The position numbers and the translations under genes were made by a program. A stretch of 64,000 bases of DNA. Origin: Anaerotignum sp. Its GTDB lineage: Bacteria > Bacillota > Clostridia > Lachnospirales > Anaerotignaceae. Every line of letters begins with the position of its first letter. The stretch's first letter is position 1. Of the stretch, positions 1 to 10,508 are shown piece by piece. The DNA lies in NCBI GenBank assembly GCA_020024255.1, contig JAHHTX010000001.1, positions 2,200-66,199 of the forward strand, written 5' to 3'. The notes below the pieces were generated by a model. It did no database searches and was not told where the DNA came from. It worked only from the letters and a program-made list of their open reading frames with translations.

Positions 1-54
1 ATTTCAAGGACAGTTGTCTGCGGAATCCGTTGTTTTGATAAGGGGGGGATAGAA

Positions 55-2097
55 TTGGAAAGAAACAGTCCCATAACGGAATTGAAGAATATCGGAGAAC
101 AGCGGGCAAAAAAATTGAATCGTATGAATATCTTTACCATAGAAGATTTATTGGAGCATTATCCAAGGGATTATAAAGACCGCAGTCGCATTGTGCCGAT
201 AGCTGAGTTACAAAAAGATGAGGAAAACACGTTCATTGCCCGTATCAAAGGAGAAGGAACGACAGGCAGACATGGCAGGCTGACTTTTACCAGAATAAAA
301 GTATATGACAAAACAGGAGAGATTGCCCTTGTCTGGTATAATCAGCCTTATATGAAAACTGCATTGAAAACAGGAGAAGCCTATCTATTTACAGGAAAGA
401 TACAATCGAAGTATAAAAAACGAGAGATTATTTCGCCTGAATATGAAAAAATTGAAGGGAATTTTGCAGGAGGCAGAATTGTGCCCGTGTATCCTTCTGT
501 TGCGGGCATATCACAGAAAATGCTGCGTGGATATTTGTCCGATGCCCTTGCGGAAGTGCAGGGTACACTGCCGGAAGATTTGCCGGTGTGGATACGGCAG
601 AAGTACCATTTGGCAGAACGGAATTTTTCTGTGCAGAATATTCATTTTCCGGCAACAGAGCAGGGGTTTTATGATGCCAGAAGGCGGCTTGTTTTCGAGG
701 AGTTTTTTCTGCTGCAAACTACACTGCTTTTTTTGAAACAGGCTTATTTTTGTCATGATCAAGGCGTGAAAATGGAGCAGGAAGATGCCCTGACTTTTGG
801 GGAGAGCAGACTGCCTTTTTCCTTGACAGATGCCCAGAAAAAGGTGTTGGGGGAAATACAAAAGGACATGACATCTGGAAAAGTGATGAATCGTTTGGTA
901 CAGGGGGACGTAGGCAGTGGCAAAACAGCCGTTGCCATGCTTGCTGCCTATTGGGTCATTGCCAATGGATATCAAGCTGTTATTATGGCACCTACAGAGG
1001 TTTTGGCAGAACAACATGAAAAGTCATTCAAGGAAATGATGGAGCCTTTAGGAATTTCGGTAGTACTCCTTTCCGGTAGTCTGAAAGCAAAGGAAAAGCG
1101 GGAGCGTCTGGCACAGATTGCAGATGGCAGTGCAAAGATGATTGTGGGTACACACGCTGTTATTCAAAAAGGCGTAGAATATGCAAATCTGGGTCTTGTC
1201 ATTACAGATGAGCAGCATCGCTTTGGTGTGCGGCAAAGGGGAATGCTGGGGGAAAAGGGTGATCATCCCCATACGCTTGTCATGACGGCAACCCCCATTC
1301 CCCGTACACTGGCTTTGATTTTGTATGGGGATTTGGATATTTCTGTCATTGACCAACTGCCGCCGGGCAGAAAGAAAATCGACACCATTGCTGTCAATTC
1401 TCTTTACCATGAACGGATTTACGCTTTTTTGCAAAAGCAGGTACAGGCAGGAAGGCAGGCATATGTCATCTGCCCCATGATAGAGGAAAACGAAAAACTG
1501 GAAGTGGAAGATGTGCTTTCCTATACGGAAAAGTTGCAGGAATCCTTGCCAAATTGCAAAATAGTCTGTGTACATGGTAAAATGAAGGCACAGGAAAAGC
1601 AACAGATTATGGAGGACTTTGCCAAAGGCGAAACGGACATATTGGTTTCTACAACAGTCATTGAAGTAGGAATAAATGTACCCAATGCAACAGTTATGCT
1701 CATTGAAAATGCAGAACGGTTCGGACTTGCCCAGCTCCATCAGCTTCGGGGGCGTGTGGGCAGAGGAGCAGAACAATCCTACTGTATATTGGTCAGTGAT
1801 GCCAAAACAAAAATTGCAAAAGAGCGCATGCGTACCATGACCAAAACAACAGATGGTTTTTTGATTTCCGAAACGGATTTGAAATTACGAGGCCCAGGGG
1901 AGTTTTTTGGGACAAGACAGCATGGTTTGCCGGAAATGAAAATTGCAAATTTATACAGAGATACAGGAATTTTAAAAGAAGCACAGGCAGCAGCAGAGGA
2001 ACTTTTAAAGCGAGATGAAGCCTTGGAAGAAGAATGTCATACTTTGCTAAAAGACAGGCTTTTCGGGCAGTTTTTGGGGAAAAGTTTAGAACTGTAA
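55..2097 (+). CDS. recG: ATP-dependent DNA helicase RecG
   Basis: 680 aa; wedge/OB N-terminus, QGDVGSGKT, DEQHRFG, TATPIPRT, QLHQLRGRVGRG; TTG start after G-rich RBS. Confidence 0.97.
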   Translation: MERNSPITELKNIGEQRAKKLNRMNIFTIEDLLEHYPRDYKDRSRIVPIAELQKDEENTFIARIKGEGTTGRHGRLTFTRIKVYDKTGEIALVWYNQPYMKTALKTGEAYLFTGKIQSKYKKREIISPEYEKIEGNFAGGRIVPVYPSVAGISQKMLRGYLSDALAEVQGTLPEDLPVWIRQKYHLAERNFSVQNIHFPATEQGFYDARRRLVFEEFFLLQTTLLFLKQAYFCHDQGVKMEQEDALTFGESRLPFSLTDAQKKVLGEIQKDMTSGKVMNRLVQGDVGSGKTAVAMLAAYWVIANGYQAVIMAPTEVLAEQHEKSFKEMMEPLGISVVLLSGSLKAKEKRERLAQIADGSAKMIVGTHAVIQKGVEYANLGLVITDEQHRFGVRQRGMLGEKGDHPHTLVMTATPIPRTLALILYGDLDISVIDQLPPGRKKIDTIAVNSLYHERIYAFLQKQVQAGRQAYVICPMIEENEKLEVEDVLSYTEKLQESLPNCKIVCVHGKMKAQEKQQIMEDFAKGETDILVSTTVIEVGINVPNATVMLIENAERFGLAQLHQLRGRVGRGAEQSYCILVSDAKTKIAKERMRTMTKTTDGFLISETDLKLRGPGEFFGTRQHGLPEMKIANLYRDTGILKEAQAAAEELLKRDEALEEECHTLLKDRLFGQFLGKSLEL

Positions 2098-2177
2098 TGA
2101 GTTTTTTGTTGTATTTTCAAAGAGAATTTGCTATACTTAGCCTGTATACAAAAAAGTAAAGATACAGGTGAGAAAAT

Positions 2178-2729
2178 ATGCGGGTGATAGCAGGCAAGGC
2201 AAAAGGGCATAAACTGCAAACGGCAGAAGGACTGGAAACCAGACCTACAACAGACAGAATCAAAGAAACATTGTTTAATATGATGGCCTTTGATTTACCT
2301 ATGGCAGAGTTTTTGGACTTGTTTTCCGGAAGCGGTGCCATTGGCATAGAGGCACTGAGCCGTGGAGCAAAAAGGGCGGTGTTTGTGGAGCAGTCTTCTG
2401 TATGCGGAAAAATCATCAGGGAAAATTTGCTGCATACAGGTCTTGCAGAAAATGCAGAACTGATGGAAACAGATGTTTTTGCAGCACTTGCAAAGCTGAT
2501 AGAGAGGGAAGCACAGTTTGATATGATTTTTTTAGACCCTCCCTATAAAGCGGGACTTTTAGAACCTGTATTGGAAAAGATTGTGGCAGGCGGTTTGTTG
2601 AAAAAGGACGGATATATTATTGCAGAGTATGGTGCAAAAAATCCTCCGGCACCTGTACAGGGTCTTACAGTAGTGCGAGAGAAAAAATACAAGACAACAG
2701 AAATTTGTTTTCTGCGTCTGGAGGAATAG
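2178..2729 (+). CDS. rsmD: 16S rRNA m2G966 methyltransferase RsmD
   Basis: MRVIAG..RPTTDRIKE, LDLFSGSG, FLDPPY; lies between recG and coaD. Confidence 0.95.
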   Translation: MRVIAGKAKGHKLQTAEGLETRPTTDRIKETLFNMMAFDLPMAEFLDLFSGSGAIGIEALSRGAKRAVFVEQSSVCGKIIRENLLHTGLAENAELMETDVFAALAKLIEREAQFDMIFLDPPYKAGLLEPVLEKIVAGGLLKKDGYIIAEYGAKNPPAPVQGLTVVREKKYKTTEICFLRLEE

Positions 2730-2730
2730 A

Positions 2731-3210
2731 ATGAGAAAAGCAATTTATGCCGGCAGTTTTGACCCGGTAACATTGGGGCATTTGGATATTATCAAAAGAG
2801 CGGCAAAATTATTTGATGTTTTGGTCGTGGCAGCTTTGGAAAACCCTAACAAAAATGCACTCTTTACCGTAGAAGAAAGAAAAGAACATTTGGAAATTGT
2901 AACAAGGGATTTGAAAAATGTGGAGGTGGCTTCTTTTCGGGGGCTGCTTGCAGATTTTGCCAAAGAAATCGGTGCATCTGTCACCGTGCGGGGACTGCGG
3001 AATGCAGTTGATTTTGCGGCAGAATATCAAATGTTTTTAATCAATCGCAAGTTGGGAAAAGATATGGAAACGATTTTTTTGGCGGCAGACGAAGAGCATC
3101 TTTCCGTAAGCTCTACAAATACAAAGGAAGTTGCCGTTTTTGGTGGTAATATTGATTTTATGGTACCGCCTGAAATTAAACCGTTTATCATTGAAAAATA
3201 TAAGAAGTGA
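2731..3210 (+). CDS. coaD: Pantetheine-phosphate adenylyltransferase
   Basis: YAGSFDPVTLGH, VRGLR, SST motifs. Confidence 0.96.
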   Translation: MRKAIYAGSFDPVTLGHLDIIKRAAKLFDVLVVAALENPNKNALFTVEERKEHLEIVTRDLKNVEVASFRGLLADFAKEIGASVTVRGLRNAVDFAAEYQMFLINRKLGKDMETIFLAADEEHLSVSSTNTKEVAVFGGNIDFMVPPEIKPFIIEKYKK

Positions 3211-3220
3211 GGGAGAACAT

Positions 3221-3724
3221 ATGGATTCGGTAGTAGAATTGTTGGGTGAACTGGAAGAAATTCTGGACAGCAGTCGTGCTGTACCCTTTAGCAGCAAAGT
3301 GTCTGTGGATAAAGAGGAAATTTATGATATTATCAGCGAAATTAAAATGAAGCTCCCCAATGAATTGAAACAGTCTAAGTGGGTCATTGAAGAAAGAAAT
3401 AAAATTCTGATTGATGCCCAGCGGGAAGCAGATGAAATTGTGAGAAATGCAGAAGACCGCATGGCTCGTATGGTTGACGAAAGTGAAGTAACCAAAAAAG
3501 CCTATGAACAAGCAGCGGCAATCATTGATTCTGCAAAGAAAACATCAAAAGAAATGCGTCTTGGCGCAATGGAATATGCAGAAACGGTATTGGGTGATGC
3601 GGAAAATAAACTTAATGAATTAAAATCTGTTGTTTACAGCGAAAGCATGAAAACAGACGATTATTTCCAACAGACTTTGAATGTTTTGGCAGAAAATATT
3701 CAGGAACTGCGTATGGGGAAATAG
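3221..3724 (+). CDS. Conserved coiled-coil protein (DivIVA-like, usually downstream of coaD in Clostridia)
   Basis: ATG at 3221 after GAGGGAG; LEEILDSSRAVPFS..VDKEE..LPNELKQSKW pattern, long helical region; synteny. Confidence 0.75.
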   Translation: MDSVVELLGELEEILDSSRAVPFSSKVSVDKEEIYDIISEIKMKLPNELKQSKWVIEERNKILIDAQREADEIVRNAEDRMARMVDESEVTKKAYEQAAAIIDSAKKTSKEMRLGAMEYAETVLGDAENKLNELKSVVYSESMKTDDYFQQTLNVLAENIQELRMGK

Positions 3725-3725
3725 C

Positions 3726-4823
3726 TTATGCCTTTCGTTTGATTGCGGCAGAAAGCAGAAAAATCCCCAGTAGAACAAATACAGGAAGATAAGCTGTTTC
3801 TGTACAGGCTGTACTTTGCAGGGATAAGACCGGCAGGGCTTGCTTTGCTGCGATATTTTCCCAAAAAGGAAAGGTCAAAAGAAAAACAAGACAGCTGCAA
3901 AGGGCATTACATAGTTTGGAAAGCACATATTTTGCAGAGGAAATCGGTACAGAACGAAGAATGTCCAAAGTCTGTCCCAATATGGAGATGCCGCCAAAAG
4001 AAACAAGAAACAAGGCGGACGTCAAACAGAGCTTTGCACTGTCTGGAGCTTGGCTCAGCAAGTGTGCACCGTTTGTCATTTCCATAAGACCGCTCCCTAT
4101 GGCGGCAATAAAATCGGAGGAAACGGGCAAAATATGTAAAAAACGTCCTAAGAGGGCAAATACACCGGTTTGGCGGAAGGATTCTGTCAAAACACCAAAA
4201 AAGATAATATAACCGCCGATTTGTACAACGGTGGTCAGTGCATCGCTGATTGCAGAAGAAAAGAGGGAGGAAAATCCCTCTTTTTTTGTTTGCGAAGAAA
4301 AAGAGGTGGCAGGAATGGAGGGGGAAGGAAGAAAGCGAACCAAAATGCCTGTCAGCAAAGTGCCTAAAATGGCACAGGTAAAAAAGGCATATCCCCACGC
4401 AGGAGAACCGAAAAATCCTGTACCAACGGTGCCGATGAGAAACAAAGCACCGGGACAGTTGCAGAAGGCAAGGACTTTTTGAGCTTCTGCTTTTGTGATT
4501 TTTCTTTCTTCATAGAGCAGGGCAGTCATTTTTGCACCCATAGGGTAGCCGGAGAGCAGCCCCAAAAACAACGGAAAGGCACAGATGCCTGAAAGCCGAA
4601 AAATAGGCTTCATGACAGGCTGTAAGAGTCGTCCCATTTTTTCCGCAGCACCTAAGCGGAATAATATGCCTGCCGCAGTAAGAAAGGGGAACAAAGAGGG
4701 CAGTACGGTGGAAAACCAAAGGTTCGCACTGCTTGCAGAAGCATCGAGCATGGCCTTTGGATAGCACAAAAGAGCAAAAAGAAAAAAACAGACAAAAGCT
4801 GTGGCAGGGTATATGGATTTCAT
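3726..4823 (-). CDS. ylbJ: Sporulation integral membrane protein YlbJ-like
   Basis: WFSTVLPSLFPF, LSGYPMGAK, EMTNG, FGGISI motifs; multiple TM segments; synteny. Confidence 0.85.
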   Translation of the reverse strand: MKSIYPATAFVCFFLFALLCYPKAMLDASASSANLWFSTVLPSLFPFLTAAGILFRLGAAEKMGRLLQPVMKPIFRLSGICAFPLFLGLLSGYPMGAKMTALLYEERKITKAEAQKVLAFCNCPGALFLIGTVGTGFFGSPAWGYAFFTCAILGTLLTGILVRFLPSPSIPATSFSSQTKKEGFSSLFSSAISDALTTVVQIGGYIIFFGVLTESFRQTGVFALLGRFLHILPVSSDFIAAIGSGLMEMTNGAHLLSQAPDSAKLCLTSALFLVSFGGISILGQTLDILRSVPISSAKYVLSKLCNALCSCLVFLLTFPFWENIAAKQALPVLSLQSTACTETAYLPVFVLLGIFLLSAAIKRKA

Positions 4824-4853
4824 AGAAAACTTCCTTACGAATTGTTTTGTTAC

Positions 4854-4882
4854 AGCTTATGCCTGTTTATGGGATTTCATGT
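4854..4882 (-). promoter_or_regulatory. Possible sigmaE/sigmaK promoter of ylbJ
   Basis: Minus strand ACATG-N16-CATAAGCT, resembling the mother-cell -10 CATAnnnT; ylbJ is sigmaE-controlled in Bacillus. Confidence 0.4.
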
Positions 4883-5062
4883 ATATTTGGTTTGGCATGG
4901 GTTTGGGTTACTTGTGGCTTGGGGTGATAGGATTTTTTCTTTGCACCAAGATACCACATCGTCTGTAGAAAGAGAGAGATTTTTCCTGATGCGGTATACA
5001 CCGAGGTCTGTGGTGTGCAGTCGTTCTATGTTGTTGATGAGAAGATGTTCGGTATTTTTCAT
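4877..5062 (-). pseudogene. DUF3781-like small protein, apparently C-terminally truncated
   Basis: LHTTDLGVYRIRKNLSL..DVVSWCKEKI matches the family N-terminal half as I recall it; the usual GKNWY..TIITAH end is absent; AAAGGAG RBS. Confidence 0.55.
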
Positions 5063-5082
5063 CAGATTACTCCTTTTTCATT

Positions 5083-6309
5083 TTACAAAATTGCCATGGG
5101 GGTGGTAAAGTCCCGATTTGGAGCACGATAAAGGGGATTGGGTGAGGCAAGGGTATAGAGATCCGTTGCCGTTTTTTCCAGAGAGAGAAGTTCCATGCCT
5201 TCTTTATCCAGCTGTTCTGCCGCTTTTTTTAGATTGGTCAGGACAGGGCATTTTGCTCGTTTTGTCAGTTCTCCAAGTATTTCCGCAGAGTCTTTGCGAA
5301 AACCGAGTACCCGAATATAGGGCAGATGGATTTTTTGCAAAAAATGAGAAACGTTTTCTTTGCGAATGTCTAGCAGAATATGTACCAATATTCTTTGAAT
5401 TTTGGTACGGGTGTAGCGTTTAGATTTGATAAAGTCTATCAAATCGTCCAGAGCATAGCATTGTTCCACAGAACGAAGAATACGGTTTTCCAAGCCTTCT
5501 GTGACTTCTTCCATTTCATGGAGGTGTTCCTGCGAAATGGTACGGAGTTTATAATGAAGAATATCGGTTAGTCCAGAGAGTGTTACTGGGCCGGTACCAA
5601 GAGATAGCTCTTTGGTAAGCAAATCAACGGTGTTTTCCGGAATGTACAAAGAAGCCTCCTTTACTTTGTTTTCTAAAATTGCTTTCCGTATGGCTGTGGC
5701 AGAGGCAAATTTTGTTGCAAGAGTGGGATTATGAAAGCCGCTTCCCTGCCGTTTTACGGTGTAGGGACGAAGGGTACTGCCAAACTGCTCCAATGCCTTT
5801 AGATATTCCAAAGCAAGGATATGGTTTGGTTGTGAAAGAATATCTTTGTTGATATGGGAAACGGTTTCTACAGCTTTGGCACGGGCAGCAGGATAGGAAA
5901 TGCCTTGGCTTAGATAACTTTTTAAGAGATGTTGAAATTCCTTTGTTTCATGTACCATACATTTTGCAGCTTCCTGCAAAGAGGCAAGGTCGCCGCTTTC
6001 CGAGCCGAAACAAAGAGAATCTACCATACCGGTATTTTCCAAAACACGAATGCTGCCCTTTGCGAAGGTTTCCGCATTGGCAGCAGAAAAAAGCACAGGC
6101 AGTTCCAATACCATGTCTGCACCGTTTAAAAGGGCACACTTTGCCCGTGTCCATTTGTCAAAAAGTGCGGCTTCTCCTCTTTGGACAAAGCTGCCACTCA
6201 TAACAACAATGACATATTTTGCCCCTGTCTTTTTTTTGGCTTCCGAAAGGAGATATTCATGTCCTTTATGAAAGGGATTAAATTCTGCTATGATTCCCAC
6301 AGTATCCAT
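5083..6309 (-). CDS. tmcAL: tRNA(Met) cytidine acetate ligase (YlbM family nucleotidyltransferase)
   Basis: GIIAEFNPFHKGH, MSGSFVQRGE, FGSESG, PNHILALEY, SATAIR, KRYTRTKIQR. Confidence 0.92.
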   Translation of the reverse strand: MDTVGIIAEFNPFHKGHEYLLSEAKKKTGAKYVIVVMSGSFVQRGEAALFDKWTRAKCALLNGADMVLELPVLFSAANAETFAKGSIRVLENTGMVDSLCFGSESGDLASLQEAAKCMVHETKEFQHLLKSYLSQGISYPAARAKAVETVSHINKDILSQPNHILALEYLKALEQFGSTLRPYTVKRQGSGFHNPTLATKFASATAIRKAILENKVKEASLYIPENTVDLLTKELSLGTGPVTLSGLTDILHYKLRTISQEHLHEMEEVTEGLENRILRSVEQCYALDDLIDFIKSKRYTRTKIQRILVHILLDIRKENVSHFLQKIHLPYIRVLGFRKDSAEILGELTKRAKCPVLTNLKKAAEQLDKEGMELLSLEKTATDLYTLASPNPLYRAPNRDFTTPMAIL

Positions 6310-6568
6310 TTTTTCACATCCTTATATAAAGCGGAAAAGAGATTTCCATATTTTTTGTTCTTTGTTTTTCTTGTCTTGAAAAGTATACCATATTTTATTG
6401 CAAATATAAAATTTTCGTATGGAAAATTTCGGAAAATAGAGATATACTGATGATAATACTTTGCATGAAAAAACCTGCTTTAGAGAGGTGAAACAGAGAG
6501 GTGAAACGGGCTTTTTTCAAGGTGCAGAAGTGATTTTAAGAACAAGGTGAAAGTAAGAGGTTGGTGCC

Positions 6569-7618
6569 ATGGGAAATTTGCCGGAAAGTCCCGATTTTCT
6601 GCAAGAATTATTTCTGGAGGAAACGTGGAAAAATATAGACAGATTGGATGAATTTATTGAAAGTAAAACAAAAGAAGAAAAAATAGTTGTTACACCTTCA
6701 GAGGTAGACAGTTTATTTCGCACTATGCACAGCATAAAAGGAACATCTTCCATGATGGGCTACCCTGCATTTTCGGAAACAGCTCACAGTGCTGAGGATT
6801 TATTTTCTTATTTACGGGAAGAAGAAAATCCCACAGACAAGGATTTGGATACAATTTTGCAGCTTTTGCGTATGGTGTCCGGCTATTTTAAGCGAGAACT
6901 TCGGCGTATGGAAACAGAAGATGATGTGACGGATTTTGGCTGGTCTGTGGTACGCCGCATTAAAAACTTTCTTGCCCATGTAGATAGTGACAATGAGCCG
7001 GAAGGCCCAAGCTATCAGATTGCCTATACAAGAAAAGGGAAAAAATGGATTCCTTATACAGATTTTTCGGCACTGATTCCGCAAATGGAACGTCTTGCAT
7101 CAATCATGGGACGGGATCTGGAAAAGGAATTTATCGTAAAAGTATCGGGGGCAGGAACGGAGGTACCAAGAGATATTTACGATAAAGTGTCTATGGCGGT
7201 GATTCAGATGATGAAAAACAGCATGGATCACGGATTGGAAAAAACCGAAGACAGAATAAAAATGGGGAAAACACCTGTAGGAGAAATTTCTCTTGAGATA
7301 CAGAAAACACCACAGCGTGTTTTTGTGGTATTTCGTGATGATGGTCGGGGACTGGACAAAAAGAAGATTTTGCAGACAGCTGAGGAAAAAGGACTCATGA
7401 AAAAACCGGTGAGGGAATGTGAGGACAGCGAAATTTATGCTTTGCTTCTGCGTTCCGGTTTTACCACCAAAAGTAAAGCAACCATGTTTTCCGGTAGAGG
7501 AGTAGGTATGGACGTGGTCAATGCAGCAATATCTTCTGTAGGTGGCAGTATTCGTATTGAAAGCAAAGAATTTATGGGTACTACATTTTTTATGGAGTTT
7601 CCTTTGACAACAGAATAA
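6569..7618 (+). CDS. Orphan CheA-like kinase (Hpt + HATPase only)
   Basis: FRTMHSIKG Hpt motif; KNSMDHG, DDGRG, GFTT, GRGVGMD boxes; no CheW-like domain. Confidence 0.85.
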   Translation: MGNLPESPDFLQELFLEETWKNIDRLDEFIESKTKEEKIVVTPSEVDSLFRTMHSIKGTSSMMGYPAFSETAHSAEDLFSYLREEENPTDKDLDTILQLLRMVSGYFKRELRRMETEDDVTDFGWSVVRRIKNFLAHVDSDNEPEGPSYQIAYTRKGKKWIPYTDFSALIPQMERLASIMGRDLEKEFIVKVSGAGTEVPRDIYDKVSMAVIQMMKNSMDHGLEKTEDRIKMGKTPVGEISLEIQKTPQRVFVVFRDDGRGLDKKKILQTAEEKGLMKKPVRECEDSEIYALLLRSGFTTKSKATMFSGRGVGMDVVNAAISSVGGSIRIESKEFMGTTFFMEFPLTTE

Positions 7619-7628
7619 GAGGTGTGAT

Positions 7629-8024
7629 ATGAAGAGTATTAAACCGGGACGAGGTCCATCTATGCAATCAGGTATTGCATCTATTTTTGCCATGATATTT
7701 GGTGTGATTTGGTGTTTAGGTGCAGCAAAAATAGGAGCCCCCATGCCTTTTGTACTTTTTGGTGTGGTGTTTATTATTGCAGCCGGTATACAGGCATATG
7801 TCGGTTTTCATAATGCTACCAGCGAAAACAGATGGTCCAGTTATGATATTACAGACGATGGGGAAGAAGTTGACCCTTTAGAAGAACGATATGGCAGAAA
7901 AGCAGGAGAAGCATTGGCACAAAAAGAAGAAACACAAGAAACACAAGCTGCATATTGCCCCTATTGTGGTGCAAAGGCGAAAAAGGATTATGTTTTTTGT
8001 CGAAAATGCGGAAGAAAATTATAA
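7629..8024 (+). CDS. Membrane protein with C-terminal zinc ribbon
   Basis: Two TM helices; CPYCG..FCRKCG; GAGGTG RBS. Confidence 0.8.
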   Translation: MKSIKPGRGPSMQSGIASIFAMIFGVIWCLGAAKIGAPMPFVLFGVVFIIAAGIQAYVGFHNATSENRWSSYDITDDGEEVDPLEERYGRKAGEALAQKEETQETQAAYCPYCGAKAKKDYVFCRKCGRKL

Positions 8025-8187
8025 AAAAACACATTTTTCCTATTTTTTTCCGTATAGGCTTGTATGGAAGAAGGATTTTGATTATAATAGATACGATAGC
8101 CGTCTTTTGACGGGTGTAAAGAAATAAGGCATGAGGAAATTTCCTCTGGCAAAACATGAGAATCTATACAAAATGGAGGTCTTTACT

Positions 8188-9192
8188 GTGGATTTTTTAT
8201 CTGAAATGAAAGCAAAAGCAAAAGCAGACAAAAAGGTAATTGTACTGCCCGAATCTTTCGAAAAAAGAAATTTGGAAGCAGCAGCAACCTGCTTGAAGGA
8301 TAATCTGGCAGACATCGTTTTGGTCGGCAACAAAGAAAAAATCATGGAAGCAGCAGGCAGCTTTGATGTTTCTAACGCAATTTTTGTTGATCCCGAAAAT
8401 TACGACAGAATGGATGAAATCGTAGCAGCTTTGGTAGAAGCAAGAAAGAAAAAGGGTATGACACCTGAGGAAGCAAAGAAGCTCCTTCTGGACGATCCTC
8501 TGTTTGTTGGCGTTATGCTGGTAAAACTTGGTATTGCAGATGGTATGGTATCTGGTGCAATCCATTCTACAGCAGATACACTGCGTCCTGCACTGCAGAT
8601 TTTGAAAACTGCACCCGGCACAGAACTGGTATCCTCTTTCTTTATTATGGTAACAAAGACACCACAGTATGGTGATGACGGCATTCTGCTTTTCGCAGAC
8701 TGTGCATTGAACCAGAACCCCAATCCTGCTGAACTTGCTTGCATTGCGGGAGATTCTGCAAAATCTTACGAAGCATTTATTGGCAAAGAACCCAGAGTTG
8801 CTATGCTGAGCCATTCTACAATGGGTTCTGCAAAACACGCAGATGTAACAAAAGTTGTAGATGCAGTGAAGATTGCAAAAGAAAAATATCCTGAAATCAA
8901 ACTGGACGGCGAAATTCAGCTTGATGCAGCTATCGTGAAAGAAGTTGGTGAACTGAAAGCTCCTGAAAGTTCTGTTGCAGGTAAAGCAAACGTTTTGGTA
9001 TTCCCTGACATTGATGCAGGCAATATCGGTTACAAACTGGTACAGAGATTTGGTCAGGCAGAAGCCTTCGGCCCTATTTTGCAGGGTATTGCAAAACCTG
9101 TAAACGATTTGTCCAGAGGCTGCTCTGCAAATGATATTGTTGCTGTTGTTGCACTGACAGCTGTACAGGCACAGGTAATGACAAAAAACTAA
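8188..9192 (+). CDS. pta: Phosphate acetyltransferase
   Basis: GTG start after GGAGG; ADGMVSGA, VSSFF, FADCA, DGEIQLDAA, GNIGYK, NDLSRG. Confidence 0.97.
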   Translation: MDFLSEMKAKAKADKKVIVLPESFEKRNLEAAATCLKDNLADIVLVGNKEKIMEAAGSFDVSNAIFVDPENYDRMDEIVAALVEARKKKGMTPEEAKKLLLDDPLFVGVMLVKLGIADGMVSGAIHSTADTLRPALQILKTAPGTELVSSFFIMVTKTPQYGDDGILLFADCALNQNPNPAELACIAGDSAKSYEAFIGKEPRVAMLSHSTMGSAKHADVTKVVDAVKIAKEKYPEIKLDGEIQLDAAIVKEVGELKAPESSVAGKANVLVFPDIDAGNIGYKLVQRFGQAEAFGPILQGIAKPVNDLSRGCSANDIVAVVALTAVQAQVMTKN

Positions 9193-9263
9193 GATAAAGC
9201 AGAAATATTGCAAAAGATTTTATTTGACACGTTGAAAAAAAGGAAAAATAAGGAGAGAAAGAC

Positions 9264-10460
9264 ATGAAAATTCTTGTATTGAACTGCGGCAGCTCTTCCC
9301 TGAAATATCAGCTGATTGATATGGAAACAGAAGGCGTACTGGCAAAGGGTCTGTGTGAAAGAATCGGAATTGAAGGTTCCAGACTGAAACATCAGCCTAC
9401 AGGCAAAGATGCCGTTATCTTTGACGATTATCAGGAAGACCACAGCGTATCTGTAAAAATGGTACTGGACGCACTGACAAACCCTGAACACGGTGTGGTA
9501 AAGGACATGAGCGAAATCAATGCCGTAGGTCATCGTGTGGTTCATGGTGGAGAAGAATTTGCAAGTTCTGTGATTATTACACCGGAAGTAATCAAGGCAG
9601 TAGAAAAATGCTCCGAACTTGCACCTTTGCACAATCCTGCAAACCTTATTGGTATTCACGCTTGCGAAAAGATTATGCCCGGCGTACCTCAGGTTGCTGT
9701 ATTTGATACCGCTTTCCATCAAACAATGCCTGAAAAAGCATATCTGTATGCAATTCCTTACGAATACTATGAAAAATATAAAATCAGAAGATACGGTTTC
9801 CACGGCACAAGCCACAGATTTGTTTCCGAAGAAGCTGCAAAAATGCTGAACAAGCCTTATGATCAGGTAAAGACAATTACTTGCCATCTGGGCAACGGTG
9901 GTTCTGTAAGTGCAGTGAAAAATGGTCAATCTATTGATACAACCATGGGCTTCACACCGTTGGAAGGTCTGGTTATGGGTACAAGATCCGGAGATATTGA
10001 TCCTGCTGTTGTGACATTCCTGATGGAAAAAGAAAATCTGAAACCTGAAGATATGGACGTGATTCTGAACAAGAAATCCGGCGTTTTGGGTCTTTCCGGT
10101 GTTTCCAGTGACTTCCGTGACTTGGAAAGCGCAAGCGAACAGGGTAACGAAAGAGCAAAAGCGGCTCTGGACGTATTTGCTTACAAAGTTGCAAAGAGTA
10201 TCGGTGCATATGCAGCAGCAATGAACGGTGTAGACTGCATCGTATTTACAGCAGGTCTGGGCGAAAACTCCGGTGTGACAAGACAGGAAATCTGTGATTA
10301 TCTGGGTTATCTGGGTGTACAGATTGACGCTGCAAAGAATGCGTTGAGAGGAGAAGCAATGGAAATTTCCACACCTGACTCCAAAGTAAAAGTACTGGTT
10401 ATTCCTACAAATGAAGAACTGGTTATCGCAAGAGATACAAAGGAATTGCTTGACAAATAA
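9264..10460 (+). CDS. ackA: Acetate kinase
   Basis: [41 protein letters not shown]. Confidence 0.98.
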   Translation: MKILVLNCGSSSLKYQLIDMETEGVLAKGLCERIGIEGSRLKHQPTGKDAVIFDDYQEDHSVSVKMVLDALTNPEHGVVKDMSEINAVGHRVVHGGEEFASSVIITPEVIKAVEKCSELAPLHNPANLIGIHACEKIMPGVPQVAVFDTAFHQTMPEKAYLYAIPYEYYEKYKIRRYGFHGTSHRFVSEEAAKMLNKPYDQVKTITCHLGNGGSVSAVKNGQSIDTTMGFTPLEGLVMGTRSGDIDPAVVTFLMEKENLKPEDMDVILNKKSGVLGLSGVSSDFRDLESASEQGNERAKAALDVFAYKVAKSIGAYAAAMNGVDCIVFTAGLGENSGVTRQEICDYLGYLGVQIDAAKNALRGEAMEISTPDSKVKVLVIPTNEELVIARDTKELLDK

Positions 10461-10478
10461 GACTCCTTTCTGTATAAT
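10450..10478 (+). promoter_or_regulatory. Consensus sigmaA promoter for DUF177-rpmF
   Basis: TTGACA(10450)-N17-TATAAT(10473); -35 lies within the last codons of ackA. Confidence 0.85.
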
Positions 10479-10508
10479 AGCTTAGGTACGACTACGGGGT
10501 GATAGAGA

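Noticed and set aside
8197..9929. Long antisense ORFs (338 aa, 246 aa) over pta and ackA
   Set aside because: Shadow frames of biased, highly expressed genes; no RBS or motifs. The same applies to those over ftsH, dusB and alaS
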